This document shows, in pieces, positions 1 to 12,960 of a stretch of DNA of 64,000 nucleotides. Every line of letters begins with the position of its first letter. Position 1 is the first letter of the stretch. The notes under the pieces were generated by a model. That model did no database searches. It was not told the DNA's origin and was given only the letters and a program-made list of their open reading frames with translations. The translations under genes and the position numbers were made by a program. The DNA lies in NCBI GenBank assembly GCA_044892505.1, contig CM097882.1:250480001-250544000 (forward strand). The letters are read 5' to 3'. This stretch comes from Schmidtea nova (taxonomy: Eukaryota).

Positions 1-265
1 TTGAGAATTATGGATTTTGTTTTCAATCATTCTGCTGTTTATAAATATGAAAATATTTATAATATATTATTTAAAAAATTTTTTTTATAAAAAAAGAGAA
101 TATTATATTTTTAAGATTAATTTATTTAAATTAAAAAATATTTTATTGTTTTTAATTCTTTGGCTATTTTATAAAATTTATAATATGCATTTTATTTTAA
201 AAATTATTATTAATTTGTTTGGAAAATCATTTTATTTGATTTATATTGGAATGGTATACTGAATA

Positions 266-306
266 GCACCTGATGAAGAGAATTAAGTTCTCGAAATATA
301 TTGTGC
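266..306 (+). ncRNA. Minimal type-I hammerhead ribozyme of the Penelope-associated kind (putative)
   Basis: GCAC-CTGATGA-A-GAGAA(TTAAG)TTCTC-GAAA-TATAT-T-GTGC. Core CUGAUGA/GAAA, 5-bp stem II, palindromic short stem III (ATATAT), AUU cleavage triplet, 4-bp stem I (GCAC/GTGC). No Penelope ORF seen nearby. Confidence 0.5.
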
Positions 307-971
307 AGAATATATATTTGGATTGGCGTTCATTTTGGATTATTTTAGTGCCATGTTTGTTGTGTTATGTATTGAATCAATTGTTTATTGGATTTATTTT
401 ATTTTGATTTTCTGATTTGTTTAATTGAATCAATTAATTGGTGGTTTTCAGCATTGTGCTTTGGGAATTTTATTACTGCCTTCCTTGCAATTTTATTAAC
501 AGATTTTTTGGAGTTTTGAAAAATATTTATTGAACTATGCATAAATTTTACAAATATAGATTTGGTATATTCATTTTCTATGTTTTGTGTTTGCGTGTTT
601 ATTTATTTTTTCTACCACTTTATTCGCTATATATAGATTATTTTATTGAACCTAACAGTTTCAGCAACAACACAATGATAGGGAAAACAACAATAAGTAA
701 ATTTAAATTAAAACTGAGGAAACACAAGCTAACTAAATATTTCTTGGGAAAATTTAATAAAAACAAAAATCTAAATATACAAATCTAAACACAATCTGTT
801 CCAATCAGAAAAATAAGGACACTGCTCGATATATGCACACATACTTATTAGTGGCATGTAGTCAAAACTAGGGGATAGATAAAAAATACATTCGGATATA
901 TACTCATCAAAACACATGAGCCTTCAATTTTGAGGTAATTAGGCGTTCAAAAACAAAATGCGGGAACGGAT

Positions 972-3013
972 GCCAGTACCTGTATCGTAAAAATATTTAT
1001 CGTAATATTGAAACTATATCGTAAAAATACTTTATCGTAAAAAGTTATTCTTTTATATCGTAACAAGCAATATCTTAATAGCTTAAAACACAGCAATTCT
1101 AAACCAAATCGCATTAGTAAATAAATTAAACATTTAGTTATCATTGTATAATTTTTTATTGATTCTAATTATAAATTATTTACATAAAAAAATTCAAATA
1201 TAAAAATTTATTGTGTATTTTTTAACTTGAAATTGCGCCCTTTTTTGCACATGGAGTTCAAAATAATTGAAGGCGAGAGAAAAAATTCGAAAATTTACTG
1301 GAGTGGAGACTATGGATATGTTAAGGATTATGTATACATTGAAAAGATTCTCCATTTAAAATGTCGACACCATGGATCAAACTACAAATGTAAATGTCGA
1401 GCCAAGATCTTCTTACCAATATCAGCTACAACAGTCCTTATTCAAACAATCAAACATTCATGTAATTCAAAATCAATTGAAAAGGAGATCCTAGACGCAA
1501 AATCAAGTCTAAAAAATCTTGCTGAAACCTCGACAAATACACTGCGCTACATCTATGAACAAGAAATGTCTAAGAATGAACAGTTGGCTACAACAATCTC
1601 TTTTCCAGAGATCAATTCATCGATACAGAAAAGAAGACGCCTAAACTTACCAAGGAATCCCACATCACCATATGATACAATTCAAGTTTTGGAATCAGGA
1701 AATCATCAATTTATGGATATTTACTTAGGACAAGTTTCGAATAATGAAGATTTCGCTGTTTTTTTCGGTAGTTATAAAGTCCTGAAAAAGGCGGAGACTT
1801 TTAGAACTGCGTTTGTTGATGCAACATTTAAAATTGTACCATCTTTGAAAAATGAAAAATTTTATCAGTGGCTGATCATTCAAGTCGAGCTTTTTCAAAA
1901 CAACCGTGACATTGAAACGACCCAACAGGAAGTACAAGCCCCGATACGATATTATTTTGGCCACTGCATTCCAGTCATAAGTGTGCTCATAACATCAAAG
2001 AATGAGAATCTTTATAAGATGGTTTTTGAAAAAGTAAAGTCATTTTTCTTCACGCAACCTACAACATTTATGACCGACTTCGAACAGGGATTGCAAAGCG
2101 AAATTCAGTCAGCTTGGCCAACTTCAAAAATAAACTGATGTGGTTACCATTTTAAATCAGCAATCGGAAAATGGATTCGAAGGCATTCTCTTTTTTACGA
2201 CTATAGAACCAACAAAAATATTAAAAATTGGGTTAGACGAGTCACAGCTCTGTGCATGTTGCCAGAAGATTAAATACTTTCTCAATGGAATATTTTGTGC
2301 CATGAACTACTGCAATTTTCTGGAACAACAAAGTCAAATCTAGAGAAGTTCAAAGCTTACTTCAGTTCATACTGGATCAAAAATGTCGGAACTTCAAGAT
2401 TTTCCATATATGGCTTAAATCACAGAACTAACAATTATATGGAGAGCCTGAATTCAAGATTACTAAAAGGATTACTAAAAGGACATCAAGGATTTTGGAA
2501 ATCACTTAGCTTGTACAAAGAGTTGGTTGTTGATTGGAGTATACGAGAATTGATGGGACTGGAAAGCGGAAGATGTGTGAAAAGAGACCGACGAGATTAT
2601 GATCACATTCAGAAAGTCAGAGTTTATGAACATAAATTAGAGTCAGGGGAATGGAAGCCATTCCAATGTTTTAAAGCAGTTTCATACTTTTCAAGTGAGA
2701 TCACAAATGAAACAGAAGATGAAGAAGATGATCCGGTATTTGAAATGGAAAAGAAAGAGAATGAATCAAATATAAATCAGCATTGCCATATTTGTGAAGT
2801 TGAACCCAAGAACGCTATTATTATGCCATGTAAACACATGTACTTTTGTATCTCATGTGTCTCCAAAGTACAAAATTCGGATAACCCAGTATGTCCATCT
2901 TGTGGCGAAAAAATTGAGCTTGTTATTAAGCTTTCTTTTTAATCTTTACGATATTGATCTATTTCTATCATTCACGATATAGGTATGAAGTGATATTACT
3001 ATATAGGTATGGC
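972..3013 (+). mobile_element. Mutator/MULE DNA transposon with RING-finger transposase, disrupted
   Basis: Imperfect inverted ends GCCAGTACCTGTATCGTAA (972) and TTACTATATAGGTATGGC (to 3013), with subterminal TATCGTAA repeats. Ends are approximate and no TSD was found. Confidence 0.6.
1227..2942 (+). pseudogene. MULE transposase (DATF, MTDFE, xCxYH, RTNNYMES motifs) fused to a C-terminal C3HC4 RING
   Basis: ORFs 1227-2138 and 2295-2942 are in one frame, broken by two stops (TGA 2136-2138 replacing the G of the GCxFH-like motif; TAA near 2270). C-terminus CHIC...PCKHMYFCISC...CPSC. Confidence 0.88.
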
Positions 3014-3579
3014 CCCCCGCAGGAACATATTGAATGCTGATGATGATATGAAAATGGAATTATCGTGAATAACACAAGCTTGTTGCTATTTCTCAAGTAA
3101 AAATTTCGTTTTTATACTTTAATTTTGTATTTAAGTGAATTTTGCTATTAAAAAATTAATATATTTAATGTGTACTTAATATCTACTATTTTTCAACTTA
3201 CTTTTAAATTATTGACTCGACTTTGGAAGAATACAAAATAGTGCTCCGCTACTAAAAAAATTGCTCAAGTATTATTACAGGATAATGTATAATTATTTTT
3301 TAAAATAAATGATTTTAAAATTGCCTTATAATTTATTTAAAAGAAAAAATACCCAAATTTTCCCGCATATATTCCACGAGCTATGTCAGGCCTTACAAAC
3401 TCCATGTGTATGTGTGTGCGGAGTGAGATGCAAGCTCTATCAAACATTTTTATCAATTGTTTTTCATAGGTTTGGTTAAGATTCAAGGAGGGAAAATACG
3501 GTAGCTTAATAATTTATAATATTTATGAATTGCTTACTATTATTAAAGACAATAATGAAAACAATGAAGAAAAGAATCA

Positions 3580-3732
3580 TTGCAACTCGTACTGTTTTTT
3601 TGCAGCATCTCCAATAATTCGCTCTATACCGGTAAATTCTACATACCTGGGCGTTGTGCGATTTCCTTTATCGTTGGCAATTTCCGCTTTTCCATATTTA
3701 TACACTCCCATGCATGAATAGGTATTACCCAA
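3580..3732 (-). pseudogene. hsp70: Hsp70 N-terminal fragment
   Basis: [47 protein letters not shown] matches the canonical [48 protein letters not shown]. About 50 codons only. Confidence 0.92.
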
Positions 3733-5179
3733 ACTTGTATGAATCAATTTGTGTTGTTTCAGATTATTAATAGATAACAAATTATCCCGAAAGTTTCACG
3801 CGGTAATCCCGTAATTGATTTCTAATGAATTCTTTCTATATGTCTTTGGGTTTATAATTTCAGAGCAAATGTCGTTCCACAATAATCGCACGAGGGCATA
3901 CCTCACTTTTTGAGGCATGTCATTGAAAATTGTCAACTGAAAGAAACTGGTGGCAAGCCATACATAACAATGATTCAGTGCCATGAAAATTTTTCGCATG
4001 ATTCAAGTAAGCCGATAATTCATTAATTGCATAAGAACACAAAGAACACGTTTCACTGCATAATGTTTTATCATCAGAATCACTGGTTTCGGCTACACTG
4101 TTATTGCTTCCATTTCCTCAGAAATTAACCGGTTCATTGGTAATCGTTCGTTTGCTTAGAATTTTGGGAAGTAAGAATTGAAATGACTTCATTATTATTT
4201 CACTGATAACCTTGGTTGAGGAGAAATGGCCAATAGCGTTAAATATTCTCAAAGTTTTTGTAAAAATTCAAAATGAATTCCCAATTTTATTATTTTTCAA
4301 AATAACTGAATTTAAATTTATCAAAACCAAAATAACGCAAAAATGATTCAAAAATGATTGTTCAACCTTTTTCTATTTAACTGTTTTTTTATTAAAATTC
4401 AATTTTAATTTCTTTTTTTATAATTTCACTTGTCTCTAAATCCCTCCTACTAATCAAAATCCTCGCAAGTCTTATTAATTAAAATTTATTTTATCTTAAT
4501 TTTTCTATGGCTGCAACTTGGCGCGACCTTACATAAAATATTAACAAACGCAATAAATGTTATTTGGCTACCTAAATACATGTTTCATTAAATTAGCAAA
4601 ACTCATTTACACATTTAACAAAGACAAATTTTGATTCTCATTATTTATGTATTTTAATAACACTTAACAAATCTTATCTAAAATAAGAAATTCTTCTATA
4701 ACCTTCTGATTCTTGGGAAAAGTGGTAAAGATGTTGAAAGTAAAGTTTTGTTAAGTTATAAATTGCTAGAAAACGGCTTATTATTACACTGAGAATATAA
4801 CGATAACAAAAATAAACTAATATATAATAAACACATAAATGACAGAGGCTGACAAAATATTTAATATCATCAGCGATTTAAAGAAATTATAAGGGATAAT
4901 GTACTTTAGGCTTTCATATTTTGTAATTGCCTTGAATAATTAATTCAAACAAAATGTGCTTAACTGTGGTGTATTAAAAAAAACAAATAAATTACAAATG
5001 ACAAAGTTGACTGAAGTCCACTAATGATAGAATTTTTAAAAATTTAACATAATTTATATTTTGTTTAATAAATTTTAAATTTTAAAGTTTATTAATTTAT
5101 AACTTCTTAAGTTAGTTTATAAATTAAAATTATTGCGATTCATTCATATTCAATTTGATGAAAGAAAATATGCATATTA

Positions 5180-6475
5180 CGTGGTTGGTTCACGAAGTAA
5201 CTGCACTCGATATCAAAAATAAGAGATATTATAATAACTTTATGTTTCCGTTGTAGAGAATTTATAAAAGGTTAGAAATCTTCATTTTGTTTTATTTAAC
5301 CAATATTTGTTTAGAGCAAATATTTAATCATTCAAAATATGGCAATTTTAAGCATTGAATATCGGTCGGTGTATAAGTTTTTTGTAATGCGCGACGCTTC
5401 AAGATTAGAGATATTAGCAATGCTCCAAGAGACGTATAAAGAAGACTGTCCATGTGATAGAACTATTTATTATTGGATTAGTGAATTCAAAAGTGGAAGA
5501 ATGTCAGTTATTGATGAATCAAAGCAAGGAAGACCGATTGAAATTGATGAAGACAGAAAGAAAAATCAGATTGAATCGTTAATTAAAGGCGAACGAAGGA
5601 TTACAGTAAAATATTTGGCGAAGGAGGTCAATGTCAGTGTCGGTAAGTGTCATGAAATGATAAAAGAGATGGGTGTGCGGAAGTTGTGCAGCAGGTTTGT
5701 TCCTTATTTTTTATCAGCTGAATTGTGTGAAAAAAGGCTAATGATTTGTGAACACAATCTTGCACTGTTCGAAGAACATGGTGAGTCATTTTTGAAAAAC
5801 ATTATAACGGAAGACGAGACACCACTAAGTCTTTATATTCCAGAAAGTAAAAGATCTTCAGCAGAATGGAAGTTTCTAGATAAAAAGCCGACAAAGAAGC
5901 TGAAATCTGGAACCATTCACCGTCGTAATTTGATGCTCTCGATATTTTGGGATAGTGATCGAATAATCAATATTGATTTCGCAGATAGACAAGTTAAAAT
6001 TAACAGTGTTTATTATTCTAATCTCATTGAACAAACTCGGAAGCTTCGACGAAAAAAGAAAAACACAAATTTGTGGCTGCTTCACGACAATGCTCCAATT
6101 CATGCATCAAAACTTGTGTCGGAGAAAATTGTTCGATGTGGCTTTTCAACATTGGAACATGCTGCTTATAGTCCTGATCTGGTTCCAAGTAATTTCTATT
6201 TATTTAGACATTTGAAGAAACACTTGGCTGGTAAATTCATTGTTTCTATTGATTCACTAAAGGAGGAAGTAACAAAATTCTTCGACGAAAAACCAAAATC
6301 GTTCTACAATAACGGGTTTTTAGAACTTCCTGTTCGTTGGAAAAAGTGTGTTGAGAACAATGGCTCTTACATTGAAAAATAAGCCTAGACATGTCGTAGA
6401 TTCTAAAAATAAATGTGTTTTGTCAATATCTTTTGTTTTTGATACCGACTGCAGGTACTTAATGAACCAACCACG
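5180..6475 (+). mobile_element. Full-length mariner element (1296 bp)
   Basis: About 50-bp TIRs starting CGTGGTTGGTTCA and ending TGAACCAACCACG, with TA duplication at 5178-5179 and 6476-6477. Confidence 0.95.
5339..6382 (+). CDS. Mariner transposase, 347 aa, catalytic triad DD34N
   Basis: Uninterrupted ORF: HTH N-terminus, FVPYFL (WVPHxL variant), TEDET, LLHDNAPIH, YSPDLVPSN. The residue 34 positions after the second Asp is Asn. Confidence 0.95.
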   Translation: MAILSIEYRSVYKFFVMRDASRLEILAMLQETYKEDCPCDRTIYYWISEFKSGRMSVIDESKQGRPIEIDEDRKKNQIESLIKGERRITVKYLAKEVNVSVGKCHEMIKEMGVRKLCSRFVPYFLSAELCEKRLMICEHNLALFEEHGESFLKNIITEDETPLSLYIPESKRSSAEWKFLDKKPTKKLKSGTIHRRNLMLSIFWDSDRIINIDFADRQVKINSVYYSNLIEQTRKLRRKKKNTNLWLLHDNAPIHASKLVSEKIVRCGFSTLEHAAYSPDLVPSNFYLFRHLKKHLAGKFIVSIDSLKEEVTKFFDEKPKSFYNNGFLELPVRWKKCVENNGSYIEK

Positions 6476-7437
6476 TATATATATAATATAGAAATTAATA
6501 AAATTTAACCAACCACGTAAATAAGATTCTTGTGATAAATTTTTCCAAGAATACTTTATTGAACAACTATATACTCAAACAACAACAAATGCTGAAATAT
6601 TTAGTTGTTTATTTGATACTGACTTTAAATGAATAGTTTTAGTTTTAGGCTAAATGTGATATAAATTCTTAATCATATACCGATGCAATTCACGTTAATT
6701 TCGGTTGGAGACTATTATCTTATGTTGGAAAGTTTCCAAATTATTGAAATAAATAGTGAAAACCTTACATATTTAAGTAATAATTGTTTAATGCGAATAA
6801 TTTTTTCAAATATTTTTATATTAAAAAATTAGCTAATATATCTAGCTTAATGTTGAAATGTTGAATTTATTTATAAAAATGGATTTACAAAACCATGTAG
6901 ACAAATTTTATATAATATGATGATTTAAGCTATATTTTGTTTTAAAAATTTATATTCTTAAGGATTAATGATTTAAAATTTCATAATTTTTACGTTGGTT
7001 TGAATATTTTTATAATTATTGTGATTCAATAACATTCAAGTTGCTGGAAGAAATTTTATAAATAAATTACAATTATTGTGATAATTTTTTCAAGTATGTT
7101 TCCCTACACAACTACATGCTTAAAAATTTTTACCTTATATACACTTTAGAGTGCGAACACCATGTCTACAGAGTTGGAGTCGTGGCATTAGACCTATTAA
7201 AACTCTTTAATTATTTTCTTTAATGTTTAGAGAGATTTCGTGGTTACTGACTGGTGTTGAAACCAGTAATTTAACGTTTTCTGAATAATCATTTAATTCA
7301 TATGAAAAAGAAGCCATAAATGAATTTAACTGTAAATAATATTAAATTTCTAAACTCTTGATAGAAAAAGATGAAAATTCAAATCAAAATGAGCAAGATT
7401 TAAATAATTGTTTTCGAAATCGAAAACCAAAAATTTA

Positions 7438-7441
<4 letters not shown>

Positions 7442-7500
<59 letters not shown>
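7442..7500. repeat. (TA)n microsatellite
   Basis: Direct reading. Confidence 0.98.
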
Positions 7501-7502
<2 letters not shown>

Positions 7503-7559
7503 TAAAAAACTTCACATTATACGATTTTTGTTGATAATTAGTATTTGTAGGAATGATTA

Positions 7560-8420
7560 TTGAAATTAAGAACGTGTTAAAAAATAAAATGAACAAAAGC
7601 GCACCAAGTAAATACGTAAAAAATAAACAACATAAAAACACTTATTACAGAATTTAATTACAAATTGGGAAAATTTTGCATGTTTTCTGGAGAAAATCTT
7701 TCGATTTTTGTAAGAATAAATTCTAAAATACAAAAGAAAAAGGATTTAAATTAAAATTTACTAAATTTTGAATCTAATGAATAAAATTACTTTGATAAAA
7801 TAAATTTATTTGAAATCCTTATAAAATTTTACGCAAAGTAATAATTTAATTTTTAATAAAATAAAAAATTTAATTTTGGAAAAAATCGAAAATTTCGACC
7901 TAAAAATTTGTTTAAATACATTAACGAAAATAACCAGCGAGAATTAATATATAAGCAACTATTTATCGAAACCAAATAATCAATTTACTTCCTAAAATTA
8001 ATAAATAAAAAGCGGAAAATTCGTCAAAGTAACTACTCAGAAGATGTCGATTTCCTAAATTACCAAGAGAGAGATTACTGAAAGCACTCTCTGAATTGTA
8101 ACTTAAAATTCCACCCGATTACCGAAGAGTAGATCCGCCATCCTTCAAATGTAAGAATGATTACTATTGAGTAAGTATGTGCTATCGGATTATGCCCCGA
8201 TACCACATATTAGGTATTTTGTTTTATTTTATACTTATAAATGCGCTGTATCGACTAAGTAGCCGAATTGGATCACTGGTAGGTTGAGGTCATTCAGCTT
8301 GTCCGATCCATATTTTCATATAGACAACGCTCATACACCCTATAGCACCTCATCTTATACACTGATGTATAGCGAAGGGTGGCTTGGCCAAGAGCAAGGA
8401 TTTTTTCAAAGTAATACCAT
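7560..8420 (+). repeat. Diverged dispersed repeat, second copy at about 56400-57620
   Basis: Shared collinear blocks such as AAAAAATAAAATGAACAAAAGC, CCATCYTTCAAATGTAA and GTGGCTTGRCCAAGRGCAAGG. Boundaries approximate. Confidence 0.6.
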
Positions 8421-9483
8421 GTCAGTAATCATATTGAATTTTATTTAAAATTTAGTAATGGATTCGAAGACAAAATTTTAAATTTTTATTATTAATTTTA
8501 GGGTATTTTATCTGAATTTATAATATTACGTATTAAATCTACCTTATATTCACAAAAAGATTACAGTTATTGAACATACGATCATAAAATAATATCGTAT
8601 CCATGAAATCTCATCGAAAATACAAAAACATTTATGAATTTAAAATTTTACTCAAATCATATCGCGAATACCGAAATTTACCTTCTAAAACTTGATAATT
8701 GTACAAGGAAAACCCTAATTAATTGAAAGTAACTCGCTCATAATATCGCAATTTAACTAAATTTGTAATAACTTACATACTCAAATGTCAGTCAAAATGT
8801 TAAAAGCTGCTTAAACGAAATATAAAAAGTAAGGAGCCAAAACACGCTTGAAATACAATTGGAAATTAGAATTTCTTGTTTTTGAACCCTTTAATTTAAT
8901 ATTTTTCGACAATAAGAACCAAAAAACTGAAATATTCAATAAAAAATCGAATTTCATGCACCAATATTTATTGATATAACCCTTATTTAGCGGTGAAAAC
9001 AGAAAAAATCTAAGGAAAAGAACTCGAAAATCGATTTTAACGAAAAAGTAGAAGAAAAGGCTTTCGAATTTCATATTATTTATTACTGATATTTAATGGG
9101 ATCATAAGCGTGTTTTTTCAACAGACAGTCCTGTATTTTTGATAAATGTACGTTGTACTGTATTTGTTCAAAAATTTTCTGTATTTTTCAAATTATGAGA
9201 AAGTTTTATGTATCAAGTTTTAATAATATTTTATTAAATGTTTTAATCAAAAATTGATCAGTTTCAAAACACCGTAACGCTCCTTGAAATTTCAAATTAT
9301 CTCATTGCAAACAAAAAACATATTTTTTCACTCTTTGATATTGTGAAAAATTTTGACATAACCTTTCTTAACATAAATAATTTAATAATTAATTTTAAAT
9401 CCAATATATCAAAAAATTCAAATCGAATAATTAATGTAATTAAATGATCTTTTTTGGTATTTTTTTAAAATATATTTTTTAGC

Positions 9484-11085
9484 GTGTCACAGAAGAGATG
9501 CAAGACTTCGTGGAACGCTAAATATTCCCAAGAATTCAGATTCATTAAAAAAGCTGATAATAATAAATGCAAGGTGTTTTGTACATTGTCCTCTACACAG
9601 TTTTCAATTGCCAATGGAGGACGCCGAGATATTATGCAACATATTGAAACAAACCTACATCAAAATTGTATTAGAACGGAATCATCAAATAAAAAGGTCT
9701 CGGATTTTTTAACACAGCTTGAAGGCACTGAGGATGAGCTACAGAAGAATCAACATTTGCATTCCATACAGCAATGCACAATTTGTCATTCCTCTCAAAT
9801 GACTGTACTTAAAATACTTAAAATTTGCATCAATAAATTATTGCTTATTCTTCTGATAATACAAACTTGAACTTTGGCGAAGTAGAAAGACAAGGAAGAA
9901 ATAATATTTGGCGTAAAATTCAGTTAGAATTAAATCGAAATTTAATTGGCAATGGATGTAATGCTCACATTGCACACATTGCAATAACAGCTGGATGTGA
10001 AATTCTAGATGTTGATATAGAAGCAGTAATGGTAAAGCCTTATAAGCATTTTAAAATATTTTCTGTGCGTACCGAAAGCTTCAAATGTTTTTGCGATGAG
10101 ATGGAAGAATCCTACAAGCCTCTATTAAATCATACAAGCACTAGTTTTTTGTCTCTTAATCCAGCAGTACGGCGTCTAATATAACTATTTGAACCATTAA
10201 AGGAATATTTTCTCACTCTCAAGAATTGTCCACCATCAATTCTTAAGTTTTTCAACAATCCGGATAGCAAATTCTGGATTTTATTTGTATCGAATCAGCT
10301 TATGAATTTAAACAATTCTATACGGTTAGTTGAATCTTCAAAAATCAGTTTTCGAGATTGCTAAAAAATGGTGTTAAAGGACAAGTTAATGAATCGACAA
10401 AGATTCTGCTTATTACCTAACGAATCTCAGCAATAATTTCAAAAACTTGATGATCAAACTAAAAATGAAGTGAAGAAAAAGGGACTGATTTTTATGGCAC
10501 TATTTTAAATTATTTGGATATTTGTAAGAGTGCTTTGGATGGGGCAGAATCATTTACCTGGATGTTGAACTCAGTTCCATATGCAGCAGGAAAATATGGA
10601 GAAATTTATTTCAAATTATTAATAGCGACATACTTTTCGATTAGTTTTGTCTTTTGAATAATTTTGTTGACAAAAAGATTCCAATTTGATTGAATTCATA
10701 GCTATCTCCAGAAAATATCTGGATAAAAATTTTCACAAATTTCCGTGAAAATTCCACGGCTTTAATCAACATGGAGAAATTAGCGGAATTTGCATTTTGT
10801 CTAGCTGGTACATCGACAGAAGCAGAACGAATCTTTTCTCTGATGAATAATATTTGGAATGATAACAAAAGTCGTTTGGATGTTAGCACACTGAATGCTA
10901 TACTCTTAATTCAATATAAGTCAAAGATGATATGCCTTGAATTTTTCAATCATGTAAAAAAGAAACTGATTTTTAAGAGATGTCCTTTTACAGGAAAAAA
11001 ATATAATAATGGAAATAGCGTAAGTTTTGACAAAACCAAAAAATTTAAAAACCAAAAAATTTTGACATGTCCTGTATTTGTGTAA
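9484..11085 (+). pseudogene. Degenerate hAT transposase
   Basis: N-terminal zinc-finger-like FCTL...FSIANGGRRDIMQHIET..H, GCNAHIAH (CxxH), and dimerisation domain LAGTSTEAERIFSLMNNIW...SRL. Multiple frameshifts. Confidence 0.85.
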
Positions 11086-11124
11086 ATTTTCACAAATTTT
11101 TACTGATATTTTTATTACATAATA

Positions 11125-11128
<4 letters not shown>

Positions 11129-11191
<63 letters not shown>
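11129..11191. repeat. (TA)n microsatellite
   Basis: Direct reading. Confidence 0.97.
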
Positions 11192-11195
<4 letters not shown>

Positions 11196-11954
11196 TACTG
11201 ATATATTATTCTTATATCATATTAGTATAGTGAAATTAGGTTTCCCATAATGTTGAATTATTTACGCAGTTTGTGATAAAAAAAACCTACACTTCGTTAG
11301 GAATTGAGTCGTCAGAAATATACGCTTAGAAATGGCAATTAGATGGGATAAAATTTTCTTCTGTTTGTGGTTATTTTCGCCGAATAAACGGCTGCGTTGG
11401 GTCGTATAAAATGAACTAACTTGTCTTCCATAAAGAAATTCTTTTAAGACACCGCAAATTCAAATAAACTCGCCTCAAACTCAACTGCGGAGATGCTAAG
11501 CGAAAATTGGGAACCAATTTTCAGAAAAATTTGCAAAAATTTTGACTTTTGTTAACAATGATTGGTTTTGGTTTGTTATCTGTATGTAATATGGATTTTG
11601 GAGTTTACCGAATATTTTCATTTTCTCTATGTTAATAGTGAAATTTATGTGCCGAAAAGGCTATAATAACAGCTATATGTATTAATAATCCTTATTTAAT
11701 ATTCTGTTTTAATTGTCATATTTTATTATATTACTTAATTGATTTTTGTCTTTTCCCTATTTATATTTTGAAAATTCAATATTCATATATTAAGCCTATT
11801 AATTTTGAAGTATAAGTAGTACTTGGGGAAAAGGAAACACCAAATTCCACAGCGATTAATTTCATTGAGTTATAAATGTGCTCAAGTAATTTTGGTTGGT
11901 AAATCAGACCTAGTTATGACAAATAAAGGCACTAAAATTGGGCAAAGCAACTTC

Positions 11955-12175
11955 TATCTCTTGCCCTTGAACCCACATGTGACACTCTGTCAATTATAAT
12001 TTTTAATTTATTCGACGCTCACTTTTTGCGAATGTCCAACTATTTGTCGCAGTACCAACGTTTACACTGAAGCGGGCACAAGATGGTTAATTAATGTTTT
12101 ATGTGTTGAGTTGTTGGTTTTGAGCCATAGTAACAGTCAAGGTCATATTGACTATCAACACCCACCACAACTAAG
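11955..12175 (-). repeat. About 220-bp dispersed repeat, copy 1 (others at 26695-26880 and 27957-28175, + strand)
   Basis: Shared words on the element strand: GTGAGCGTCGA, GGGTTCAAGGGC, CAACAACTCA, CATCTTGT. Confidence 0.75.
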
Positions 12176-12960
12176 TGGTGGTTTATACATTGAATATTCG
12201 GAAGTCAAAAATGTTCCATCTTTTTGAGCGCTACTGTAAATTTTTAATTATTTTATTAATGTGTATATAGTGTATTTTTTATTAAATGTAATCTTTTTTG
12301 GTATGAAAATATTGAATAATGTATAATATGTAATTATTTAGAATATTCTTAGTTTTATATATGAACCTTCAATAAACATAAATTAAGTAGACGCGTAAAT
12401 TTTAATGATTAGTTTATTTTAAATTCTTTCATATTTTATAATTTGAAAATCGTCATTATTTTATATTAATTTACTATTAATTTTATACTCTGGTAAAAAG
12501 ACTCGGAATATAAGCTAAAGTTTAAGTATGAATTAGAGCATTAAGTAAACCTTAGTAATTTAAAGTAACATAGCAAGAGTTAAAATATTAAGTTGCTCAT
12601 TGGTTACTGACTTTTAATGAATAATATGGAAATTTTAGATTAGGATTGACTTATTTCACTGTCAGTGATTGATTAAAATATTAAGTTATTTATTAATGTG
12701 AAAATGGTATATATATAAGTGTTATCTGAATTATTAACTATAATATGTGTTAAATTAATTTTAAAAAATTTGAATTTATTTATTACAATCGTTTTGGATA
12801 ATTCGCAATTTCTAGCTTTAATTTGATTGTTGATTATGAAATCTAGTGTCCTACCAAGAGCTTCTATTAAGAATTTAACGGACTGTACAGAGTTGTTTAG
12901 TCTACAAATATCATCTGTTACATCGGTACCCCCAGTGGACACCATTACATTAATACTTTG

